Source of the DNA: Trinickia violacea
GTDB taxonomy: Bacteria; Pseudomonadota; Gammaproteobacteria; Burkholderiales; Burkholderiaceae
Length of the DNA: 32,000 nucleotides
NCBI RefSeq assembly: GCF_005280735.1
Contig: NZ_CP040078.1
Coordinates: 861,746 to 893,745, forward strand
Reading direction: 5' to 3'
Both the position numbers and the translations under genes were made by a program. The notes under the pieces are model-generated. The model saw nothing but the letters and a program-made list of their open reading frames with translations. It did not search any database and was not told the DNA's origin. This document shows positions 24,756 to 32,000 of this stretch, in pieces. Positions within the stretch are counted from its first letter, which is position 1; every line of letters begins with the position of its first letter.

Positions 24756-25715
24756 ATGAGGATTTTTGTTCTGGCACTCGAAGGTGTGTTCGACACGGGC
24801 CTCACCATCGTGCTCGATGCCTTGATGACGGCCAACGAGCTTGCGCGCGCGACGGGGATCGCCATACCGGACTTCGAGATCACCGTGGCCGGGATGCGAC
24901 CGGAGGTGCGCACCGCGCTTGGGCTGCAGGTGCCCGTCCGCGATGTGGCAGACGCCCCTGCGCCGGATTGGGTCGTCGTACCGGCGATCAACAGGACGAC
25001 AACGGACCTGCTCGTGCCTTCGCTCGGTCGGGCCGACGTGATCGATGCGCTCGGTGCATTGCGCTCGTGGCACGGTGCCGGCGCTCATATCGGGGCCGCC
25101 TGCACGGGTACCTTCGTGCTGGCCGAAAGCGGCTTGCTCAATGGGCTCGAAGCCACGACCACCTGGTGGCTCTCGCCGGTGTTCCGGCAGCGTTACCCCG
25201 ACGTGCACCTGGACGCGCATCGCATCGTCGTTCCCAGCGGCAACACAGTGACGGCAGGGGCCGCTCTGAGCCATCTCGACCTTGCGCTCTGGCTGATCCG
25301 CAACAACAGCCCCGAGCTTGCGGCGCTCGTAGGCAAGTACCTTGTATTCGATTCGCGGCCGTCGCAGTCCGCCTTTGCGATCTCCGACCACTTGGCCCAT
25401 TCGGACCCGCTCGTCGAACGTTTCGACCGCTGGGTGCGCGAGCACCTCGACACGGCAATCGCACTCGACGACGTCGCGGATGTATTGGCGACAAGCACGC
25501 GGACCTTGACGCGACGCCTGAATGAGGTGCTCGGTAAGACGCCCGTCGAGTACATACAGGATCTGCGGGTCGAGCGCGCCGTTCATCTGCTGAAAACGAG
25601 CAAGGACAGCGTGGATCGCATCGCCGAGCAAGTCGGCTACGCAGATGGTGTCACTTTGCGCACGCTACTGCGGCGGCGGCTAGGTAAGGGGGTCCGTGAA
25701 CTGCGGGCGCCGTGA
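24756..25715 (+). CDS. GlxA-family transcriptional regulator (DJ-1/PfpI-like N-domain plus AraC HTH)
   Basis: The N-terminus MRIFVLALEGVFDTGL and IGAACTGTFVLAESGLL mark the DJ-1-like domain. The C-terminal AraC HTH includes VEYIQDLRVERAVHLLKTSKDSVDRIAEQVGYADGVTLRTLLRR. Confidence 0.9.
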   Translation: MRIFVLALEGVFDTGLTIVLDALMTANELARATGIAIPDFEITVAGMRPEVRTALGLQVPVRDVADAPAPDWVVVPAINRTTTDLLVPSLGRADVIDALGALRSWHGAGAHIGAACTGTFVLAESGLLNGLEATTTWWLSPVFRQRYPDVHLDAHRIVVPSGNTVTAGAALSHLDLALWLIRNNSPELAALVGKYLVFDSRPSQSAFAISDHLAHSDPLVERFDRWVREHLDTAIALDDVADVLATSTRTLTRRLNEVLGKTPVEYIQDLRVERAVHLLKTSKDSVDRIAEQVGYADGVTLRTLLRRRLGKGVRELRAP

Positions 25716-25857
25716 GACTTGCCGATTTCGACGCTCTGCAATTGAAAGGAAATTGAAGGTAATGCGTTGCGGCGCGACGCTTCGTTAAGATAAGCGGGTC
25801 ACGCGTTGGCATTGTCCCTAGCCATCGCATCCATCGATAACGATAAGGACTTGACCC

Positions 25858-26646
25858 GTGATTCACGAAACTGCTGTCATTCATCCCAGTGCGATTATTG
25901 AAGAAGGCGCGGTGATCGGCGCGCGCGTCCGCATTGGGCCGTATTGCTGCATAGAAGGCAACGTCGAGATTGGCGAGGGAACGGTCCTTAAGGCGCATGT
26001 CGTCGTGAGCGGACACACCCGCATCGGCCGAGACAACACTGTCTATCCTTTTGCCACGATTGGGGAAGAGAATCAGGATCTCAAGTATGCCGGCGAGGCA
26101 ACCTTCGTCGAAATAGGCGATCGCAACAGAATACGTGAGAGCGTCACGATCCACCGGGGAACGGTTCAAGGCGGCGGACTCACGAAGGTCGGCAACGACA
26201 ACCTCCTGATGGTCAACGCTCACGTCGCACACGACTGCGTGGTGGCCGATCATTGCATCTTGGCGAATAACGCGACACTCGCCGGCCATGTCACGCTAGA
26301 CGACTATGTGATCGTTGGCGGCATGTGCGCGGTTCACCAATTCTGTTCCATTGGGGCGCATGTCATGGTGGGCGGTTGCTCGGGCATTGCTCAAGATGTG
26401 CCGCCCTATGTGATAGCACAAGGCAATCACGCTTCTCCAAAGGGTGTGAACACCATCGGGCTCGAGCGTCGCGGCTTCAGCAAGGACGCGATTCAAGCGA
26501 TTCGCGAAGCCTATAAGGTGCTATATCGAAGCGGAAAGACGCTGGAGGAGGCGAAGCCGGAAATCGCCCGGATTGCCGAGGCTCAACCCGAAGTTCGACC
26601 CTTCTACGATTTCCTATCGCGTTCGACGCGGGGCCTGATCCGCTAA
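25858..26646 (+). CDS. lpxA: Acyl-ACP:UDP-N-acetylglucosamine O-acyltransferase
   Basis: 262 aa with a GTG start and AAGGA 8 nt upstream. It has hexapeptide repeats and long runs identical to E. coli LpxA as I remember it: [81 protein letters not shown]. Confidence 0.95.
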   Translation: MIHETAVIHPSAIIEEGAVIGARVRIGPYCCIEGNVEIGEGTVLKAHVVVSGHTRIGRDNTVYPFATIGEENQDLKYAGEATFVEIGDRNRIRESVTIHRGTVQGGGLTKVGNDNLLMVNAHVAHDCVVADHCILANNATLAGHVTLDDYVIVGGMCAVHQFCSIGAHVMVGGCSGIAQDVPPYVIAQGNHASPKGVNTIGLERRGFSKDAIQAIREAYKVLYRSGKTLEEAKPEIARIAEAQPEVRPFYDFLSRSTRGLIR

Positions 26647-26681
26647 ACGTTGATCAAGTCAGTGCTCGGCCGATAGTTCGC

Positions 26682-27689
26682 TCAGCCCATGCCCACCGCT
26701 CGTGCTGCTGAGGCGAGATATAGCGGCGATGGTTCGCGACGGTTCTCGCAAAGACAGGTGTATGTCATCTTGATCACGTGATCGTCGTTCGAAACCATTG
26801 CCCGCTGGCATACCTCGTTCCACCCGGCATCGATGTCTGGCGTAATCGCTTCGACGTCCAAAGGCTTTCGCACTGTTGCGTAAGCCGCGCAAAGCGCAAC
26901 CCACAAGCCGGGCAGCAATGGCTCGACGAGAGAATCGTCTAGCCGGGCGAACAGGGTACGCGCCGCGTGCGCGGCGGTCACCGTGTGAAGCACGGTGAAA
27001 TCCGGCGTACGCCAGTACGCGGCAATCGCGGCTCGCGCGATATCGTCCAGCAAGGACGAGGTAACCGGGGGCGCAAGGATTGCCCGCCTGAACCGGACAT
27101 CGCCCGCAACAGCGCGCAACCGTGCGGTGATCGAGTTGCCTTGCGCGAGATCGTCGCCCATCGCACAGGCGACATGGACAAACGCCGCATCGGCGCTTTC
27201 TGCTGCTGGCCTCTCGGCGAAAGAGACATCAATGGGTAGATGCGACGAAATCAATGCCGCCAGGCCCGCGGCGATCTCGCCGCGATGTGCTGCCTCGATA
27301 CCGTAAGCCAGGCGGATCAGTGCATGAAAGGCGCCCGTTGCCGGCGCGAACGGCACTTCTTTCAGTACGGTAGCGATGACCATATCGGGATCGTCGTCGG
27401 CCATCCAATCCAGGAAGCAGAGGCGTAAGGCGCCGAATGCAGCGGTATTGCCTAAATGGCTCGCCCATTCGCGGCGGTCGATGATGGTGCCGACTGGCGG
27501 AGCGCTTAACGCGTATTCGCGCTCCCACATATCGAAGAATTCCTGAAGTCGAGCCGGCGATGCCCCCATTTCAGCCAACGCGACAAGCGCCATTGGGCAA
27601 TGATTCGTCGTCCCTCGAGCCGCCAAATCGAAGCGTGCATTGGCATCTAGGAGCTCGTGCAGCTTGAGAGCCGTACCTTCCTTTAGCAT
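26682..27689 (-). CDS. DUF4243 / questin oxidase-like family protein
   Basis: Motifs NHCPMALVALAEMG, GAFHALIRLAYGIE and the C-terminal DDHVIKMTYTC match my memory of the questin-oxidase-like family. I prefer ATG 27689 (GAGGA 7 nt upstream). The track's ATG 27722 overlaps the predicted -10 hexamer. Confidence 0.8.
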   Translation of the reverse strand: MLKEGTALKLHELLDANARFDLAARGTTNHCPMALVALAEMGASPARLQEFFDMWEREYALSAPPVGTIIDRREWASHLGNTAAFGALRLCFLDWMADDDPDMVIATVLKEVPFAPATGAFHALIRLAYGIEAAHRGEIAAGLAALISSHLPIDVSFAERPAAESADAAFVHVACAMGDDLAQGNSITARLRAVAGDVRFRRAILAPPVTSSLLDDIARAAIAAYWRTPDFTVLHTVTAAHAARTLFARLDDSLVEPLLPGLWVALCAAYATVRKPLDVEAITPDIDAGWNEVCQRAMVSNDDHVIKMTYTCLCENRREPSPLYLASAARAVGMG

Positions 27690-27720
27690 TTCCCAATCCT
27701 CGAATTCAAAAGCACAACCC

Positions 27721-27751
27721 ATTGTAAAAGTTCAAGTAAGCTTGAAGGCAA
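27721..27751 (-). promoter_or_regulatory. SoxR-type promoter with a SoxR box inside a 19-bp spacer
   Basis: In minus orientation the sequence is TTGCCT-tcaagcttacttgaacttt-TACAAT, with an exact 19-nt spacer. It contains the inverted repeat TTCAAG-N4-CTTGAA (27731-27746), which resembles the E. coli soxS box CCTCAAGTTAACTTGAGG. The site lies between the divergent soxR and DUF4243 genes. Confidence 0.7.
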
Positions 27752-27772
27752 GTGAAGATTGTGGGGTGCGCC

Positions 27773-28261
27773 ATGAAAGAAGCGGTCATTTCCATTGGAG
27801 AACTCGCGAAGCGCTCGGGCGTGGCGGCGAGTGCGATTCGTTTCTATGAGGAAGAGGGCTTGATCAGCAGCACTCGAACGGATGGCGGTCAACGTCAGTA
27901 TCGAAGGGACGCTCTCCGCCGGGTCGGGTTCATTCGTGCCGCGCAGGCCGTCGGGCTGAATCTGGCGGAGATTCGTTCTGCGCTCGAAACCTTGCCTGGG
28001 CAGCGCACGCCCACCAAGCAGGATTGGCAACGTCTCTCGCGCGCGTGGCAGCCACTGCTTCAAGAGCGGATTGACGGTCTCATCGCATTGCGCGATCAGC
28101 TTGCTTCGTGCGTGGGATGCGGTTGTTTATCGTTGAAGTCGTGTTCTCTCTACAACCCTGGCGATGTTGCCCGGCGGCGCGGGAGCGGTGCGCGATATTT
28201 GCTCGGCGACACGTCGCGTGCGGTGTTGGCGGATGCCAATCGGGACCAGCAGGAACCGTAG
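27773..28261 (+). CDS. soxR: Redox-sensitive transcriptional activator SoxR (MerR family, [2Fe-2S])
   Basis: MerR HTH IGELAKRSGVAASAIRFYEEEGLI and the diagnostic cluster motif CVGCGCLSLKSCSLYNPGD. Start ATG 27773 (MKEAV...) is internal to track ORF 27752. Confidence 0.92.
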   Translation: MKEAVISIGELAKRSGVAASAIRFYEEEGLISSTRTDGGQRQYRRDALRRVGFIRAAQAVGLNLAEIRSALETLPGQRTPTKQDWQRLSRAWQPLLQERIDGLIALRDQLASCVGCGCLSLKSCSLYNPGDVARRRGSGARYLLGDTSRAVLADANRDQQEP

Positions 28262-28357
28262 CGGGACACGCGTCCAAGATCGGGTGACCTATCCCGACTT
28301 CTCGCGACGATTGGACCGGGGCGCGTGCGTTGCCCTTCGGCAACGCACGAATAGCCA

Positions 28358-29737
28358 TCAAGTGCGCAGCGATCTCAACCCCGCGCGAACCTCCTCGGCA
28401 AACAATTGCGGTTGCTCCCACGCCGCAAAGTGCCCGCCTTTATCGAGCCTGTTGTAGTAGATGAGGTTGTGATACGCCCGCTCAGTCCAACTGCGCGGGG
28501 CCTGATAGTTCTCGCGCGGAAAGACGCTCACGGCGGCCGGGACGGACACATCGGCGGCGGCGGTAAAGTTGAGGTGCGACTCCCAATAGAAGCGCGCCGC
28601 GGAAACGCCGGTGTTCGTCAACCAGTAGAGCGTGATGTCGTCGAGGACGTCGTCGCGCGTCATCGCACCCGACGATTCCCCGTTGACGTCGCGCCCGTAC
28701 ACGGCCGAGGTCAGTGCCGCCGCAGGCTGAATATAACCGTCGCCGTGATCGAGCATCCAGCTTGCCAGGCCGATAGGCGAGTCCGCCAATCCATACAGCG
28801 TTTGCGGGCGCGTGCTTTGCTCCGCGATGTAGGCGCGGCGCTTCTTGGCCGCACTGCTCAATTGCTCGTAAGCGTGCTTTTCGTCGTCCGAGAGGCCGGA
28901 GGGAGGCGGGTCGCCGTCCTGAAGCGCCTTGACGATCTCAGGCGGTATCGTTGCAGGGAAGTTGACGTGGATGCCGAGCAATTCCGGCGGCGCCTGCTTG
29001 GCCATCACGTTCGCGACCACCCCACCCAGATCGCCGCCCTGCGCCGCGAATTTCTCGTATCCCAAGCGCTTCATCAGAACGACCCAGGCACGCGCGGTGC
29101 GCTCCGGACCCCAGCCGGTCTCGGTGGGCTTGCCCGAAAATCCGTAGCCCGGCAAAGACGGAATGACCAGATGAAAAGCGTCCGACGCGCTTGCACCATA
29201 AGCTGTGGGATTGGTCAGCGGGCCGATGATCTTGAACTGCTCGATGATCGAGCCGGGCCATCCGTGCGTGACGATGAGCGGCATCGCGTTCTCGTGTTTC
29301 GAGCGAACGTGGATGAAGTGAATATCGAGTCCGTCGATTTCGGTCACGAAATTCGGCAGGGCGTTCAGTTTCGCCTCGCACTTGCGCCAGTCGTAATCGG
29401 TCGACCAGTGGCGCGCGACTTCCTGCATCATCGCGAGCGGCACGCCTTGCGAGTCGTCGGTGACGGTCTCCCGGTCGGGCCAACGCGTCGCTTTGATGCG
29501 GCGTCGCAAGTCGATCAGTTGCGATTCGGGCACATGCACGCGAAGCGGACGAATAGCGGTTTTATCGCCGCCTGCCGCTGAGGCGACTTCCGTAATTGCC
29601 TGTTTGGTATCCGCAAAAGCGAGCTGACTTAAAGTGCCCGCGGCGACGGTTGCGGCCGCCACGCCGACAAAACGGCGGCGAGACGGCGATTGGGGAAAGG
29701 GAATATCAGTGATGGGTTTCGTCGTCATATCGTCCAC
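28358..29737 (-). CDS. Epoxide hydrolase (EH N-terminal domain plus alpha/beta hydrolase) with a twin-arginine signal
   Basis: The Tat motif is SRRRFVGVAAATVAAGTLSQLAFA. The EH N-domain includes LRRRIKATRWPD...IHFIHVRS. The oxyanion motif THGWPGS and the nucleophile context AQGGDLGG are present. Confidence 0.85.
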   Translation of the reverse strand: MDDMTTKPITDIPFPQSPSRRRFVGVAAATVAAGTLSQLAFADTKQAITEVASAAGGDKTAIRPLRVHVPESQLIDLRRRIKATRWPDRETVTDDSQGVPLAMMQEVARHWSTDYDWRKCEAKLNALPNFVTEIDGLDIHFIHVRSKHENAMPLIVTHGWPGSIIEQFKIIGPLTNPTAYGASASDAFHLVIPSLPGYGFSGKPTETGWGPERTARAWVVLMKRLGYEKFAAQGGDLGGVVANVMAKQAPPELLGIHVNFPATIPPEIVKALQDGDPPPSGLSDDEKHAYEQLSSAAKKRRAYIAEQSTRPQTLYGLADSPIGLASWMLDHGDGYIQPAAALTSAVYGRDVNGESSGAMTRDDVLDDITLYWLTNTGVSAARFYWESHLNFTAAADVSVPAAVSVFPRENYQAPRSWTERAYHNLIYYNRLDKGGHFAAWEQPQLFAEEVRAGLRSLRT

Positions 29738-29861
29738 CTATCCGTTGCGTTAATAGTGCTTATGCACATTGATGCGGTGCTGACCTTGCTACGGACGGTA
29801 TTGGAGCGTGCGAACGTATCCCGAATGTGTCGCGGAAGGGCGGTGTGTGTATACGCGTGTT

Positions 29862-30788
29862 TCAGCGCGCTTTGCCGATACGTGGCGATACAAAGTTGGC
29901 TTGTGCGGCCCCGGCTTGCCTACGGCTTTGCAGCAGATAAACACCGCCGAGAATCGCCGCCATTGCCGCCAGATCGAGCGGCCGCATCGGTTCGTGCGCG
30001 ATCGTCAAGCCCATGAGCAAGGCGACCACCGGCGGGATATACGTCACGCTCGAAGCCGCGAGCGCGCCTAGCTGTCCGACGATGAAATAATAGAGGATGT
30101 AGGCCACGCCCGTGCCCGACAAACCGAGCCCGAGCACGAGGCCGGCAAACGCGCGCGTATCGCCGGTCACGCGCGTCATGCCATGGAAATCGGTGACGCA
30201 ACTGAGCACGACAAGCGCAAAGCCGATTTGCCAGGTCGATAAAGCGAGCGGCGAGAGATCGAGGCCGGAGAGGAAGCGCCGCGCGTACACGAACGAGCAT
30301 CCGACGCTCAGCGAGCCGGCGACCATGTAGAGCACGCCGAGCAGATTGATCCCCGCACCGTGCGCATTCCACGGTTGCGCGATCATCAGCACGCCGGCGA
30401 ACCCCACGAGGATGCCGGCGATCATCCGCCCGGTCGGCCGCTCCTGCCGCAACAGCGCCCATGCGCAAACGAACGAAAACAGCGGAATCGCGCCGCTCAA
30501 CATGCCCGCCACGCTGGACAGCAGCAGCGCCGCGCCCTTCGCAAACGCGTAGTAGTAGACGGCGGTCGCGAGCAGCGACATCACGAAGAAATGATGCGCG
30601 TGCTTCAGATGGCGCCATTTGAGCGCCCGGGTGAGGAGCGCGAAAGCCAGTATCGGCACGAAGCCGAACAGCACGCGGAGAAAGACGATCTGGCTGGCGG
30701 AAATGTCGACGCTCGCCCACTTCATGAACATGAAATTGGTGCCCCAGATGAGGCCGAGCGCGGCGAAGGCGAGGTAGGCGGGATTCAC
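29862..30788 (-). CDS. DMT superfamily (EamA-like) transporter
   Basis: 308 aa with about 10 transmembrane segments. The N-terminus reads MNPAYLAFAALGLIWGTNFMFMKWA. The protein shows the duplicated EamA pattern. Confidence 0.85.
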   Translation of the reverse strand: MNPAYLAFAALGLIWGTNFMFMKWASVDISASQIVFLRVLFGFVPILAFALLTRALKWRHLKHAHHFFVMSLLATAVYYYAFAKGAALLLSSVAGMLSGAIPLFSFVCAWALLRQERPTGRMIAGILVGFAGVLMIAQPWNAHGAGINLLGVLYMVAGSLSVGCSFVYARRFLSGLDLSPLALSTWQIGFALVVLSCVTDFHGMTRVTGDTRAFAGLVLGLGLSGTGVAYILYYFIVGQLGALAASSVTYIPPVVALLMGLTIAHEPMRPLDLAAMAAILGGVYLLQSRRQAGAAQANFVSPRIGKAR

Positions 30789-30888
30789 GGCAATGACTCT
30801 GAAGAAAGTTTCGTGTCTTCATTGTCGTGACGGCACCGATGCGGTACAAACGATTTAATGTCCCTCGATGCTATAGAGAAACTACGCC

Positions 30889-31791
30889 ATGAGACCGATT
30901 CCTCCTTTAAAAGCCTTGGTATCGCTGGAGGCCGCGATGCGGCTAGGTAGTTTTACTCTAGCTGCCGAAGAGCTGAGCGTGACCCCCGGCGCGGTCGGCC
31001 AGCAGATCCAGAAGCTCGAAGAGTGGCTCGGCGTCGCGCTGTTCGTGCGGCAGGTCAGGCAGGTGGCGCCGACGGCCGAAGGCCGCGCGTATTTCGCTCG
31101 AATCCAGCCTGCGCTCGCGGAGATCATCCATGCGAGCCGCCGCTTGCGGGAACGCCAGAACAAGGGCTTGCGGCTTTCGATGCCGCCGAGCTTCGCCGCC
31201 AAGTGGTTTGCGCCGCGCATGGCGGACTTGCTGCAGGCGCACCCGGGCATCGCGCTGAGCCTATCGACGTCGACCAGCCTCGTCGATTTCGAGCTCGATG
31301 CGGTCGACCTCGCCGTGCGGTATTTCAATGGCGTCGACCCGCAGCTTTCGGTGCAACGGCTTTGCGCCGACGAGGCGCGTGTCTATTGCAGCCCGGCTTA
31401 CGCGAAGAAATGGAAATTGAAGCGGCCCGAAGACCTTCAATCGGCGACGCTGCTGCACAACACGCTGCATCCTCACTGGCCGGCCTGGCTGGCGCGCTTC
31501 AGCAGTCTTGCCGATGCGCGGATCGAGGCGATCGCCGGCATTCAATTCGATCAGTCGCTGATGGCGATTGAAGCGGCTGTTAGCGCGCAGGGGGTGGTCC
31601 TGACGAGCGCCATTCTGGTCGAAGCCGAGCTGGTGGACGGTTCGCTTGTCGAGCCGTTCGACAAGGCGCTTCCCTTGCCGACTGGATACTATCTCGTCCA
31701 CCCCGAAACGGATGAGCCGCCCCCAGGCGTGCAATCGCTGAAAGCGTGGTTCGCCGACAAGATCGCTGCCGATCGCAACGTTTCAGATTGA
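30889..31791 (+). CDS. LysR family transcriptional regulator (GcvA-like), divergent from the EamA transporter
   Basis: PLKALVSLEAAMRLGSFTLAAEELSVTPGAVGQQIQKLEEWLGVALFVRQVRQVAPTAEG. Confidence 0.9.
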   Translation: MRPIPPLKALVSLEAAMRLGSFTLAAEELSVTPGAVGQQIQKLEEWLGVALFVRQVRQVAPTAEGRAYFARIQPALAEIIHASRRLRERQNKGLRLSMPPSFAAKWFAPRMADLLQAHPGIALSLSTSTSLVDFELDAVDLAVRYFNGVDPQLSVQRLCADEARVYCSPAYAKKWKLKRPEDLQSATLLHNTLHPHWPAWLARFSSLADARIEAIAGIQFDQSLMAIEAAVSAQGVVLTSAILVEAELVDGSLVEPFDKALPLPTGYYLVHPETDEPPPGVQSLKAWFADKIAADRNVSD

Positions 31792-31833
31792 ATGAGGGGC
31801 GGCGAGACTTTTACGCTGCCCCCGGATGCGTCG

Positions 31834-32000
31834 TTATTGCATGACCGCCCGCAGCGCGGCACGGGGGCTATCGAGCGCCACGTGCCCCGCGCGAATCAGC
31901 GACACGGCCGGCGCCATCCATGGGTGGGCAAAGGCGACCACCGTTGCGCCGATATCGTAGGCCCGCTCGGCTGCCCGTGCGGTTTCGGCGAGGCAGGCAT
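31834..32000 (-). CDS. 3' end of an unidentified gene that continues off the right edge
   Basis: Minus-strand frame open from the window edge: ...ACLAETARAAERAYDIGATVVAFAHPWMAPAVSLIRAGHVALDSPRAALRAVMQ*. The stop TAA is the complement of 31834-31836. High GC3 is consistent with coding. No family assigned. Confidence 0.45.
   Translation of the reverse strand, partial: ACLAETARAAERAYDIGATVVAFAHPWMAPAVSLIRAGHVALDSPRAALRAVMQ

Noticed and set aside
24645-25631. 328-aa minus-strand ORF
   Set aside because: It is antisense to the GlxA-family regulator, whose DJ-1-like and AraC domains are clear.
28406-29581. 391-aa plus-strand ORF
   Set aside because: It is antisense to the epoxide hydrolase gene.
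29920-30849. 309-aa minus-strand ORF
   Set aside because: It lies on the same strand as the EamA transporter but in another frame, and it is Arg-rich. The EamA frame gives 10 clean hydrophobic helices.

Overview
High-GC window that looks like Burkholderiaceae accessory-chromosome sequence. This is an inference from GC content, the Burkholderia-type porin and the density of LysR regulators. Hand counts on single 60-nt lines give about 70% GC in core genes such as polB. I can support about 35 protein-coding genes. Most are small, independently regulated metabolic or stress modules, each paired with a divergent regulator: OYE reductase/LysR; ABM monooxygenase/MarR-isochorismatase; MFS-lactonase-PEP mutase family lyase/LysR; ABM-hydrolase/GlxA; DUF4243 questin-oxidase-like/SoxR; EamA/LysR. 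The window also holds DNA polymerase II, an OmpC-like porin, an M48 peptidase, a PAP2 phosphatase, a Tat-signal epoxide hydrolase and a 7-repeat HAF-family secreted protein. I recognised no rRNA, tRNA, CRISPR array, transposase, integrase or canonical defence or toxin gene. The long antisense ORFs in the track are the usual high-GC artefacts. Points worth a second look: (1) An orphan lpxA at 25858-26646 in lower-GC DNA reads like an enterobacterial LpxA rather than a betaproteobacterial one, with an extra LpxL-family acyltransferase 3 kb away. (2) A SoxR gene has a textbook SoxR box inside a 19-bp-spacer promoter that drives a DUF4243/questin-oxidase-family gene. (3) A roughly 3 kb low-GC, gene-poor stretch (about 18.9-21.9 kb) contains only small ORFs. 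Two of them fall below the ORF-track cutoff: a 51-aa His/Met-rich membrane peptide with a GGAGG RBS and a 46-aa Lys/Pro-rich peptide. It also has a run of three stem-loops ending in a terminator with no ORF upstream, which is a candidate sRNA or leader. (4) Two genes, PBP4/DacB-like and DipZ-like, are reduced to in-frame internal-deletion remnants. (5) Several strong palindromes or repeats sit exactly on gene boundaries. I found no clearly novel multi-gene system; the small-ORF/structured-RNA island and the lipid A paralogs are the best leads.
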